A stretch of 64,000 nucleotides of DNA from NCBI RefSeq assembly GCF_006345805.1, contig NC_042999.1, forward strand, positions 558,001 through 622,000. The letters are read 5' to 3'. Under the pieces are notes generated by a model. That model made no database searches, had not been told where the DNA came from, and saw only the letters and a list, made by a program, of their open reading frames with translations. This document shows positions 50,992 to 63,665 of the stretch, one piece after another; position 1 is the first letter of the stretch; every line of letters begins with the position of its first letter. The position numbers and the translations under genes were made by a program. This DNA comes from Octopus sinensis. Taxonomy: Eukaryota.

Positions 50992-51493
50992 ATATTCCTG
51001 GCCCAGGGTGTTTAAACTTGGTCTAAATTTTTTGATGAAATACTGTTCTTTATTTTGGCGTTGCGTGAAGGTTGCGTTGTCACTGAATTTATAAAGCGGG
51101 TAAGTTGTAAATTTCGGATTTACATTTCCAGCACATCTATCTATGTGTCCGCTGACCGGTATTTTCCGGTATTCAGGGTTTCTAATTTGTGATTTGTGCA
51201 CCGCCATCCTGTTACGTAAGCTATTTTTTGTATGGCCTATATACTGCCTATTGCAGCCTGCGCATGTTATGACGTAAATTAAGTTTTCTGATGCGCAGGT
51301 GAAGTTTGCTCTAATGGTGAACTGATGCTCTTGTTCTAGTATAAATTCTGAACCTTCTATCAAGATGACACAGATTCCGCAGTTGGGCCTTCCACATTTT
51401 CTAACTGCTGGTTTTGTGGTTGATGTTGAGTGCAGTTTAGTTTGGGTTAAAATCCTTTTCAAGGATTTTGGTTGCAGTTTACTTTTAATGATG

Positions 51494-51495
<2 letters not shown>
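50992..51495 (-). pseudogene. Penelope GIY-YIG endonuclease C-terminal fragment
   Basis: QPKSLKRIL..CGRPNCGIC..NLIYVITCAGCNRQYIGHT..RMAVHKSQI..KEQYFIKKF; ORF extension upstream is only microsatellite. Confidence 0.9.
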
Positions 51496-51550
<55 letters not shown>

Positions 51551-51551
51551 T

Positions 51552-51583
<32 letters not shown>

Positions 51584-51585
51584 GG

Positions 51586-51631
<46 letters not shown>

Positions 51632-52039
51632 CAGATAGATAGATAGACAGATTGATAGATAGATCTATATGAATATGTTTCCAGATATGTATGTATATGG
51701 TCATTTATTGACGTAGTCATGAATAAATCTGCGTGTGTGATTATCGTTTCAAAACTGTACGACTCGCTAATTCGAAAGTGAACATCTGAGAACCTAGCGA
51801 ACTTGAACGTGTACGTATGTCTTCTGACTGAAATTGCTTGGAAACCTAGATTATTATGAATTCGTGTCTCACAGCATCAGAGCCGAGTGTTCACTGAAGC
51901 ATGAAAGGTTGTGCAAACTCATGGCATACATTTATTAGATAGATAAATGAGTTAGATAACTCATTTTCATATTTCTTGCATATAAATATAAAACAATATC
52001 ACACGATCAAATGTAGGTTAAAATTATTAGCGTTCACTT

Positions 52040-52175
52040 GTATTCTTTTCTGCTCTAAGCACAAGGCCCAAAATTTTTGGGGGAGGGCGCCAGTCGATTA
52101 GATCGACCCCAGTACGTAACTGGTACTTAATTTATCGACCCCGAAAGGATGAAAGGCAAAGTCGACCTCAGCGGG
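52040..52175 (-). mobile_element. SINE family B 3' part with alternative tail
   Basis: Central domain plus gcacaaggcccaaaatttttggggaggg tail. Confidence 0.8.
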
Positions 52176-52615
52176 TGTTCAGTTATATTACACGACCAAT
52201 TAGCAGAGTCGGACGGGTTGCTTTATGGTTATCGTTCTAACATTCAACGCGCTGAATTCAAACCCAGTCGAGATATCCTTTGCTTTCTTGTTTTCGAGGC
52301 TGATATATAAAGTACCAATTTTTTTTAAATGTTGAAGATACATCTATTTCTTTCACACTTTTTGTCTGTCTCTCTTTCATGAAGAATTCAGCTCATTGAC
52401 TGCCTAGAAAATGTCTAAGATACCCGAATGTCTACTACATCATCAAAGAACTGAGAGCTTAACTCAGAGCAAATCGCTGAGAAGCTTGTCGGGCAAATGT
52501 CACGAACTTTTCTGCTCCTTACTACGCCATTCTTTATAAATCGCTTCTTTTCAGGAAGATTTCTTTTTACAGGGTATGCACGTAGGTTTTTAAATATGTG
52601 TATATATATATACGC

Positions 52616-52648
<33 letters not shown>

Positions 52649-52860
52649 TGTATGTATGTATGTATGTATGTATGTATGTATGTATATATATATATACGCA
52701 TATATGTATGTATGTGTGTATGTATGTATGTATGTAGTATGTATGTATGTATGTATGTATGTATGTATGTATGTATATATATATACGCATATATGTATGT
52801 ATGTGTGTATGTATGTATGTATGTATGTATATATGTATGTATATATATATATATATATAT

Positions 52861-53111
52861 AGCAACAAGCAAGTTAGGGGTTGTGGATCCAATCCACGGT
52901 ATAATGCCCAAATTATTAATACACAAGTGTTTTTAATTGCAATGCAATAAACTTACATATTGTATTAAATGGGTGAAGGTAAAGAAATATTTTACCATTA
53001 ATTTATATTACAAATAAGAAAATGGAGAAACGTTTTAGTTGGCTTATCACCTTTAGGATATTATAATATCCTAAAGCTGATAAACCAACTAAATTTCTTC
53101 TCCATTTTCTC

Positions 53112-53144
<33 letters not shown>

Positions 53145-53396
53145 AGCAACAAGCAAGTTAGGGGTTGTGGATCCAATCCACGGTATAATGCCCAAATTAT
53201 TAATACACAAGTGTTTTTAATTGCAATGCAATAAACTTACATATTGTATTAAATGGGTGAAGGTAAAGAAATATTTTACCATTAATTTATATTACAAATA
53301 AGAAAATGGAGAAACGTTTTAGTTGGCTTATCACCTTTAGGATATTATAATATCCTAAAGCTGATAAACCAACTAAATTTCTTCTCCATTTTCTCA
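52861..53396. repeat. Tandem duplication, 284 bp period, each unit with a 94 nt hairpin
   Basis: 52861-53112 repeats at 53145-53396 with no difference seen; hairpins at 53017-53110 and 53301-53394. Confidence 0.92.
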
Positions 53397-53424
53397 TATA
53401 TATATATATATATATATGTATATT

Positions 53425-53880
53425 ATCTATTAATTGCTTTAATCATTAGACTGCGGCCATTCTGGGGTACTGCCTTGAAGAATTTTAGTAAAAAAAATGG
53501 ACCCCAGTGCTTATTATTTTAAAGCTTGGAACTTATTCTATCTTTCTCTCTTGCCGGGGCGCTAACGGATCTAAACACTGCAATACCGGTTGCCAAGCGG
53601 TGGTGGTAGCAAACGCAGAGACAAAGATACACACGTACACACACACTCACACACACAAAGTCTCTCTTCCTCTCCGTCTCTCTCACACACGCACAAGCAC
53701 ACTCACATACCACGGGCTTCTTTCAGTTTCTGTTGTCCATATCCACTCACACGGTTTTGGTCGGAGCGAGGCTATAGTAGAAGACAATTGCCCAAGATTC
53801 CACTCAGTGGGACTGAACCCGGAATCATATGGTTGGGAAGTAAGCCTCTTCTTCTTACTACACAGCCAAGCCTACGCCCA
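53425..53880 (-). mobile_element. SINE family A, diverged
   Basis: Consensus match. Confidence 0.85.
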
Positions 53881-54221
53881 TACATATATATGTCATCCTA
53901 AATATTTCATTCTCCTTCACATACCAAGTAAACCGTATTAGCCCAGTAGAATTAACTCCCTTACGTTAATGATACATAACTAACACCTGAATCTGTAGAA
54001 GCAGTCATATCATAGTTCCTTGGTAATTTTATGATTCTCGCCACGTTAGAGAATTATAACGAATAGATCTTATGGCAAACTTAATGAATCGATTTGTATT
54101 CCTCACTTAACTTTGAATTCTAGTAAGATGTTTTTCGCAAAACATTGAGAAATCAATAACCGCTTTGTGGATGTCTCACAACTCATATACATATACACAA
54201 TACGTATTCTTATATAGATGC

Positions 54222-54269
<48 letters not shown>

Positions 54270-54342
54270 TGTGTGTGTGTGTGTGTGTGTAAATATATAT
54301 GTATATATGCATGTTTATACACACACACATATACATACATAT

Positions 54343-54403
<61 letters not shown>

Positions 54404-54410
54404 TATATAT

Positions 54411-54450
<40 letters not shown>

Positions 54451-54799
54451 ATGGAAATATGCTTGTATGCATGTGCGTATATGTGTGTCTCGGTGCGTGT
54501 AGGCAGGACAACAAAATGAAACCCAGTTGGAATAATAATGAACCGAATTAGCTTCGGTTTAGAGAAATCCCATAATTTCATTCTATTCCAACAGCTAAAC
54601 CCAACGCTACTAATTCCTTAAAACTTTCCCGCTTCACGTTGCATTCTGAGAAACGGTAAGGCTTGCCGTGTGTCCACATAGTTTAATTATATCTAGCCTG
54701 AATGTTCTACAAGAAAATATTTAAATGATATTCCATGTTCACGAGAGCATAACATCTTCTCTAATGTAGGCACAGAACCCGTAATTTCAGGTGATGTGG

Positions 54800-55551
54800 T
54801 AAGTGGATTACATCGTCTCCACTGCTCAACTGGTACTTATCTTAAAAGATAAAAAGCAATAAAGATCACGGCGGAATTTGAACTCAGAACGTGAACACTA
54901 AGCATTTCTTTCGGCGTACTGACGTTTCTTATTTCTTTACTGCCTACAAGGGGCTACACACACAGGGGACAAACAAGGACAGACAAACGGATTAAGTCCA
55001 TTATATCGATCCCAGTGCGTAACTGGTACTTATTTAATCGACCCCGAAAGGATGAAAGGTAAAGTCGTCTCCGCATAATTTGAACTCAGACGAAATACCG
55101 CCAAGCATTTCGCCCGGCGTGCTAACGATTCATATTTCTTTATTGCCCACAACTGGCTAAACATAGAGGGGACAAACAAGGACAGACAAAAGAATTAAGT
55201 CGAGTACATCGACTGGTATTTCATTTATGTGGTACTTAGTATATCGACCCTGAAAGGATGAAAGGCAAAGTCGACCTCGGCGGAATTTGAACTCAGAACG
55301 TAACGGTAGACGAAATACCTATGTCTTTATTACCCACAAGGGGCTAAACACAGAGGGGACAAACAAGGACAGACATAGGTATTAAGTCGATTACATCGAC
55401 CCCAGTGCGTAACTGGTATTTAATTTATCGACCTCGAAAGGATGAAAGGCAAAGTCGACCTCGGCGGAATTTGAACTCAGAACGTAACGGTAGACGAAAT
55501 ACCGCTAAGCATTTCGCCCGGCGTGCTAACGTTTCTGCCAGCTCGCCGCCC
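54800..55551 (-). mobile_element. SINE family B tandem multimer (about 4 units)
   Basis: One full head unit (55318-55551) followed by three partial-head units. Confidence 0.9.
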
Positions 55552-55699
55552 TATGTTTTACGAAATATTACGAAATATCCTGATGCAGAAATGCCGGTTA
55601 CTAGATTATGGTTTAATTACTATGATCACGTGATCGATTTTTTGAAATGTAAGGAAATGTTTTGACCTTGTTGCTACTGATTTATTTCCATTTTCGAAG

Positions 55700-56300
55700 C
55701 TTTGAGCCTTTTATTTTGGTAACCATCTGTGCGCAAATCTCTTTGGCATCAAGCGGCATTATTTCCTTTTGTCTTCTTTTCTTTCTTGTCTTTTCATAAT
55801 GCAAAATCTCTCTCAATGTTAGGCTTGACAGTTGCCGCTAATGGAAATAACACCAATCACCTTCCAAGCAGATCATAATCAGCTTCTGTTCAGATCATAA
55901 TTTTAAGGTCAGCAGAGACAGGAAAAATAGACTCCATTAAACAGCATGCATAGAAAATAACTACCAAAATCAAAAAAATGTGACCCAGCAACCAAATAAT
56001 CTGGATTCAGCTGCAAGAAAGCATCCTGTTTAAAATACAATAAAGCAAAGAATCAACTAGCTTTTAGAGCCAGAAGAGAAGCCATCTTTTTTTTTTTTAT
56101 CAAAGGCTGTCACAACATGTTACAGATGAAATGTGTTCCGGTGCACCACCAGGAGGCTTCTGAAAGAATATAGAATTTTAATATGGGTTTGTGTCGCTTA
56201 TTCAAAAAATCCCGACTAATGGAAATATATTTCTGTAACTGATCAAAAAGTGGTATCTCGGTTTCTTCTTAAAGTTAATTTTCTCTGATGTATTTTAGAT
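55700..56300 (-). pseudogene. Possible highly decayed piggyBac transposase fragment
   Basis: KRHKPILKFYILSEAS resembles K..RFGIKFY.LCE.S.GY; AATVKPN resembles CGTVRPN; many stops. Confidence 0.4.
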
Positions 56301-56545
56301 GTTACCTCGTTACATTCAAAATGGCCACCAGTGTTTAAGAAGCAGAAATAAAATGTCCGCAGATGAATTTCTGTAAATAACAAGGTCATTGAAAGGACAG
56401 TTGCAAGGGAATCCTACAGCGTTCGTGGTTTTGACTCAATCGCCCTCTGTCATTGAAGTTTTTTTTCTGTATAATAGTACAACAAACACATGCAAATGCG
56501 TTTGTTTCGTTAATGCACTTAAACCCTTTGAACTAACGAGTATGA

Positions 56546-56830
56546 ACATTATTTACGTTATTTTCATTATTTACATTTGACGGATATTTGTCCTCATCTT
56601 GTTTGTTGTTAACACAACGTTTCGGCTGATATGCGCTCCAGCATTCATCAGGTGTTTTGGGAAAAATTTCGAATCTGGGTTCTCCTTCCTAAGGTATTTT
56701 TCGATGACACCTGGAAAATGTTGGAGGGTATACAAGCCGAAACGTTGTGTTAACAACAAACAAGATGAGGACAAATATCCGTCAAATGTAAATAATGTAC
56801 ATAAGTCCTCATCTCTTAAATATAGAACTG
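56546..56830. mobile_element. Foldback of two inverted hammerhead-bearing ends
   Basis: Arms 56565-56656 and ~56706-56797; flanking direct repeat taacgagtatga (56534-56545, 56831-56842). Confidence 0.8.
56611..56656 (-). ncRNA. Type I hammerhead motif, CUGAUGA core
   Basis: AACAC-CTGATGA-A-TGCTG-GAGCGCATAT-CAGCC-GAA-ACGT-T-GTGTT; U-C mismatch at the base of stem II. Confidence 0.7.
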
Positions 56831-57738
56831 TAACGAGTATGACTTAGCAAGCGTGATTTCGCTTGGCTATAACTCTGGAAGGTATAAAAGTGGGTGGCCA
56901 CACGGTTCTATTTTTGCTGATGAAAATAAGGATTTGTTTGTCAATTGGGGAGCCCATATTATCGCCCGATTTTGCATCTTCCCATACTAGTGTGACGTGA
57001 AATCGTGGCCGCTAAAGCGTACTTGCTGGTTCATAGGTTTAAACTATGTTGGAATATTACATCCCAAGAAAGCCCTGGGGAGGAGGTGAAGTAACATATA
57101 GGGGCATTCTCCTTAAATAGTATAGTTAAGTGCAAGTTAACGTAATTAATCAGGTGACATTTTTTTTTTATAATTAATTTAAAGTACACCAAAATGAATA
57201 ACTACAAAACTAAAATATATTAAAAATTAAATTCAGTGGCAAGTGACAGCTCATTGCTTCAAATCAAATAAACTGGTCTCCTAAGTTCACGGAACATAAA
57301 TTCATATTCAAGCCTGGACGGTTTCTCAATGTGAACCTTTTAAAAATTTATGGTAATTGAAATCAAATCTAAACTAAAGTACTTTAATAGCAACGGAATA
57401 TTTATCTAAAGCGGACCAGGAAAAATATCAAAAATAAAAGCCGGCATTACTGAAATAAATTTTCTGAAAGTATAATATTAATAAACCACTCCGAGATAAT
57501 TAAGTCGGAATTATTTAATATTAAATGATCTAAACTCGTACGTATAATTCTATTTTATAAAATTGTAATAAAATGAGTTGATTTTATTTAGTATCACTTT
57601 TTTTTTGTTTAATTTTCCTGCGTTCCATTACTTCAGGTGTGTGTATATATATATGTATGTGCGGGTGTAATTGTATGTATGAATACATGTATCTATATAT
57701 AAATATTTATAAATATACATATATACATACATACATGC

Positions 57739-57785
<47 letters not shown>

Positions 57786-57924
57786 TGTATGTATATATAT
57801 ATATATATTATATATATATATATATTATATATATATATATAAATATATATATATGGATGTACGCATCACACTCACGCATGCACTAAAATACACAGAAACA
57901 TATACATGGGCATACACATGTATA

Positions 57925-58930
57925 TACGTATGTATGTATGTATGTATGTATGTATGTATGTATCTGTGTATTATGTATACATGCATGTATATATGTATGT
58001 ATGTCTGTATGTATGTAAGCATGTATGTATGTATGTATGCATGTATGTATGCATGCATGTATGTATGTATGCATGCATGCATGTATGTATGCATGTATGT
58101 ATGCATGCATGTATGTATGTATGTATGTATGCATGCATGTATGTATGTATGTATGCATTCATGCATGTATGTATGTATGTATGTATGTATGCATGCATGC
58201 ATGTATGTATGTATGTATGCATACATGCATGTATATATGTATGTATGTATGCATGCATGTATGTATGTATGTATGTATGTATGTATGTTTGCATGTATGT
58301 ATGTATGTATGTATGTATGTATGTATGTATGCATGTACGTATGTCTGTCTGTATGTATGTATGAGTGTATGTATGTATGTATGTGTGTATGTATGTATGT
58401 ATGTATTATGTATGTATGTATGTTTGCATGTATGCATGTATGTATGCATGCATGCATGTATGTATGTATGCATACATGCATGTATATATGTATGTATGTA
58501 TGTATGTTTGCATGTATGCATGTATGTACGTATGTATGTATGTATGTATGCATGCATGTATGTATGTATGTAGTATGTATGTATGTATGTATGTTTGCAT
58601 GTATGTATGTATGTATTATGTATGTATGTATGTATGCATGTACGTATGTCTGTCTGTATGTATGTATGAGTGTATGTATGTATGTATGTGTGTATGTATG
58701 TATGTATGTATGTATGTATGTATGCATGCATGTATGTATGTATGCATGCATGCATGTATGTATGTATGCATACATGCATGTATATATGTATGTATGTATG
58801 TATGTTTGCATGTATGCATGTATGTACGTATGTATGTATGTATGTATGCATGCATGTATGTATGTATGTATGTATGTATGTATGTATGTATGTAGGCAAG
58901 TATGTATGTATGTCTGTATGTATGTACGCA
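57925..58930. repeat. ~1 kb (TATG)/(CATG) microsatellite with higher-order duplications
   Basis: Marker string gtacgtatgtctgtctgtatgtatgtatgagtg recurs near 58335 and 58640. Confidence 0.95.
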
Positions 58931-59234
58931 TATCTTTAAGAGTTGCACTGGAATCACGATTGTAATCTATTTTAAGTTTTATATTAAATTATTCATATCA
59001 AAATTTTGCCCGCGTTCCCCGCATTTTGTTTCGAGCAGAGACGTTCCTGACTCTATCCTCAACGTTACACCTTACATTCTATTCGTATTGTACGCCTGAA
59101 GTGTGGTTTGTTTATTTTTAAAAGAGTTTGTGAGTGAGTAATGCTCGGAGAAAGAGGCATAACAAATCGAAATGGTGTAATAATATATGATGTAATATAT
59201 ATATATATATCTATGAATATATATGTATATGTGA

Positions 59235-59243
59235 GTGTGTTAT

Positions 59244-59283
<40 letters not shown>

Positions 59284-59317
59284 GTATCTATCTATCTATC
59301 TATCTATCTATCGATCG

Positions 59318-59374
<57 letters not shown>

Positions 59375-59459
59375 CGTACCTATCTATCTACCTACCTACC
59401 TACCTACCTACCTACTTACCTACCTACCAACCTACCTACCTACCTACCTACCTACCTAC

Positions 59460-59509
<50 letters not shown>

Positions 59510-59520
59510 GTCTATCTATC
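59235..59520. repeat. (TATC)/(TACC) microsatellite
   Basis: Direct inspection. Confidence 0.95.
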
Positions 59521-59522
59521 TA

Positions 59523-59961
59523 TTGGGTTGTCTAGAAAGTTCGTGCCGATTTATAGTAGCTTACGTTTCGACTTATTTTAGAACATGTTTGGGTCCATTA
59601 AATAGGATTTTACTACACCTCCCTTTAGAGCACAGTTTAAGCTATCTTTTCGTGGTAGAAGATTTATTTAACTCTGTTAATTCTGTAACCCTGTAAAATG
59701 GAAGATAAGAAAGTTCATTTTCGGCACTTGATGCTTTGGGAACCAGACAAAAATTGCTGCAGCTCGGCTGGGACGTGTTACCTCACCCTCCATATTCACC
59801 AGATATTGCTCCTACGGATTCCCACTTATTCAGGTCCCTTTTCAAGTTAAAGGAAAGACGGAGACGCACTGTGCAACAGATTTTGTTGATTAAAAATGTA
59901 ATGGCAAGTATTTATTTTTTCTTTTCTTTAAATATCGCCACGAACTTTCCGGACAACCCAA
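59523..59961 (+). mobile_element. Internally deleted mariner (MITE-size)
   Basis: TIRs ttgggttgtctagaaagttcg / cgaactttccggacaacccaa, TA TSD; LGWDVLPHPPYSPDIAPTDSHLFRSL. Confidence 0.9.
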
Positions 59962-59987
59962 TATATATATATATATATACAAAAAAA

Positions 59988-60292
59988 GGAGCACTCCGTC
60001 GGTTACGATGACGAGGGTCCCAGCTGATACGACCAACGGATCAGCTTGCTCATGAAATTAACGTGCAAGTGGCTGAGCATTCCACAGAAACGTGTACCCT
60101 TAACGCAGTTCGCAAGGAGATTCAGCGTGACAAGGCTGGCTCTTTTTTGAAATGCAGGTACTACTCATTTTTTCCAGCTGAGTGGACTGGAGCAACGTGA
60201 AATAAAGTGTCTTGCTGAAGGACACAACGTGTCACCGGGAATCGAACTCACAACCTTACGATCATGAACCGAATGCCCTAACCTATAAGCCA
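59988..60292 (-). mobile_element. Chimeric SINE: family D head + family C tail
   Basis: Head/core match 19830-19945; tail matches 41950-42105. Confidence 0.85.
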
Positions 60293-60309
60293 TATAATTA
60301 TATAACCAA

Positions 60310-60780
60310 TATAAAACTTAGATAAAACTTAGATATGTTTCGCCAAAGATTGGTCCAGGACATGTCTAACTTAATAGCACCACCTGATAGGATTATCTAA
60401 ATCCTGTTTAAGTCAAGTTTTGTTTATGGTCCATTCAAGTAGTGAGTTTTTGTTGGGTGAGTTGTATCCAATTATGGGTGGCTTATCCGGTATTCCTTGA
60501 AGGAATCCATCCAGACTCCGTTTAAAGTTGATGGGATCCTTTTCCTCTTTGATCTCTTTCGGGACAATGATACATAGGGCAGGCCTGTTGAGGAAAAGAA
60601 ATTATGTTGCAGTGTCTATGTATGCTGTGATCTTGAATTGGGCATATTCATATGACCAATATAATTCTAGAATCAAAATTCAGACTCCGTTCTTAATATC
60701 AATAGGAATTTTACTGAGTCTGCATACATACCGAAGAACCAATATTCGCCAGTGTCACTTCTTCCAGTAGATCTACGTAT
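60310..60780 (-). mobile_element. CR1/L2-group LINE 3' end
   Basis: LQHNFFSST..IVPKEIKEEKDPINFKRSLDGFLQGIPDKPPIIGYNSPNKNSLLEW; short repeated tail (aaaacttagat)2. Confidence 0.75.
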
Positions 60781-61356
60781 GAGGATGTAGGAATTTTTAT
60801 AATGGAACTAAACACTATAAGGTTAAAGACGACCTACAATGAACTCATAGACTAATATCAAAATTACCTACATGTCTGTGTATGTGCGTCTTCACGTGTG
60901 TGTGTAATTATGTGCCGTGATTACGTGCTTGTGTAACAAGAAAAAAAAACAGTCGACTTCATTACCCTGCAAAAGAGCAACATATGAAGCATATTATACA
61001 AACAAATACTGTATACGGAGATTCCCGGCGAGGAACGGATATGACGTTATTCGGTTTTCTATCGCTATACGAGGTACATGCCAGCTATTGAACTGTATTA
61101 CGTGCATTGATTGCTGATGGGAAATCGAATAACTAAATTCCCGTGGCGTGACGTGCGTTCGCTGTTTTTATATGTATTTATATGCATTCGTGTGTGTACA
61201 CACATAGACAGGTGTATATGCACATATATGCATATATATATATATATATATATAATTCAGACTCTGGAAATCAGAAAGACTACAGTGGTGCTCCAGCATG
61301 ACCGCATCCGCATGACTTAAAGGAGAAAACGAATACATGAATAAAAGAATATATAC

Positions 61357-61405
<49 letters not shown>

Positions 61406-61592
61406 TATATATACATATATACACATAGGTATGCATATAATATTAATTATATTTTTTAATAATTTTGTTTCATTTTTAAGTAATATAAATTAATCATATG
61501 TATTGGCTTAAGTCTTTCATTGTTTGATTTGCCTAATAGTGGTTTTGTCTCTAATTTAATATATGTACATGTATATATACACATGTGTATAT

Positions 61593-61651
<59 letters not shown>

Positions 61652-62544
61652 ATATATATACATATATACATGTATATATATATACATGTGTATGTATATA
61701 CATATACACATATATATATGGGTGTGTGTGTATACATACACGCAATCGTACACACACATATACATGAACACTCCTATTTCCATATACGCATAATATGCTT
61801 TTTATTTATTCATTCATTTATTATTCATGTAGTTTTATTTGTATTTTGATTTTTGATATGACTTGTATTGTTTGTATATTTACACACCTTTGTACTAGAA
61901 TATTACCATCCCCACGCCCGCTTCCTCAGGAGCATGTTTGTTGTTGATACAAATGAGGGATTAAATATTTCTCCATCTTTTGATTCAGGGAATGCTGTAA
62001 TTTCACATTGTTAGCAACATGCTTAACACGCAACTTTTTCTTAATGTTTGTTTATTTTACTCGTATTTCTACTTCACCTTCAACTTTTTATCTGACTTCT
62101 GGCCAAATATGCAATATTTTCTAAACAAAATAACAAACAAGCGTTCTCAAGCATCATGAAGAAATTCTGAATGAAATACAAAACAAATAAATACGTAAAT
62201 AGAAAAAAAGCAAGCTTACTCGTTCACGTTCAACTTCTTTTTGTTAGAGAAACAAAATGTGTTATTACTAATTTTATTTTTCTTCTGTTCAAGTTTGAAA
62301 CTGTGTATGCCCGAAGTTACGCAAAACATAGTTAATCAAAGTATGAAATCTGCATGCGTATATATTCTTCACGAAGCTGCTTTTCCTTTACGATTGAACA
62401 AAACATGAATCAACGACTCTCAGTTTCAATACAATCTCATTGCCATCACCGTATTACTCGAGTTCAAAATATTAAACGAGAATAAAGCAAATTTTTACCA
62501 ACGACGGGAGCTTTGTGTTCAGTAAAACCTGTGTGTTTGATAAC

Positions 62545-62985
62545 TCTTTACTCTTTTACTCTTTACTCTTTTACTCTTTACTCTTTTACTCTTTACTCTT
62601 TTACTCTTTACTCTTTTACTCTTTACTCTTTTACTCTTTTACTTGTTTCAGTCATTTGACTGCGGCCATGCTGGAGCACCGCCTTTTTTAGTCGAGCAAA
62701 TCGACCCCGGGACTTATTCTTTGTAAGCCGAGTACTTATTCTATCGGTCTCTTTTGCCGAACCGCTAAGTGACGGGGACGTAAACACACCAGCATCGGTT
62801 GTCAAGCAATGCTAGGGGGACAAACACAGACACACAAACGCACACAAAATATATATATATATACATATATACGACAGGCTTCTTTCAGTTTCCGTCTACC
62901 AAATCCACTCACAAGGCATTGGTCGGCCCGGGGCCATAGCAGAAGACACTTGCCCAAGATGCCACGCAGTGGGACTGAACCCGAA
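62545..62985 (-). mobile_element. SINE family A with expanded ttactct-type tail
   Basis: Near-consensus body; tail expanded to ~95 bp. Confidence 0.93.
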
Positions 62986-63246
62986 TATAAGTAAATTGTT
63001 CACTTTAATACCACTCAATCATTCGAAAGGGTCTTCTGCCATTCTTCGGTGATTTATGAGTTTGGATGGAAATGTGCTTCAGGGAAACTATAACGAAGCC
63101 TGTCATATATATATATATATATGTATATATATATGTCTGTGTGTGTAAATATATACGAAAAGGCATAAATGATGGGCTTTATGCTTTTATCGATTTGTGC
63201 TTCGTAGACGTACAGCTGCTTCTGATCTCTCTCTCTCTCTCTCTCT

Positions 63247-63405
63247 CGAGTGGTTGTGTGGTAAGTAGATTGCTTTCCAACCACATGGTTCCAGGTTCAG
63301 TCTCACTGCATGGCAACATGGGCAAGTATCTTCAACTATAGCCTTGGGCCGACCAAAGCCTTGTGAGTGGAATTGGTAGACGGAAACTGAAAGAAGCCCG
63401 TCGTA

Positions 63406-63456
<51 letters not shown>

Positions 63457-63665
63457 GTCTGTGTCTGTGTTTGTCCCCCAACATCGCTTAACAACCGATG
63501 CTGGTGTGTTTACCTCCCCGTAACTTAGCTGTTCGGCAAAAAGGACCGATAGATTAAGTACTAGACTCAAAAACAATAAGGGCTGGGGTCTATTTGTTCG
63601 AATAAAGGTGGTGCTCCAGCATGGCCGCAGTGAAATGACTGTAACAAGTAAAAGAGTAAAAAAAG
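63247..63665 (+). mobile_element. SINE family A
   Basis: Consensus match. Confidence 0.9.

Larger units (their letters stand above)
50090..51497 (-). mobile_element. Second Penelope-like element, heavily 5'-truncated
   Basis: GIY-YIG domain followed by ~900 bp 3' region with promoter-like repeats and a hammerhead motif; (TA)n on both ends. Confidence 0.88.

Noticed and set aside
59015-59060. Minus-strand TTGAGGA...CTCGAAAC hammerhead-like string
   Set aside because: No stem III or cleavage triplet after GAAAC
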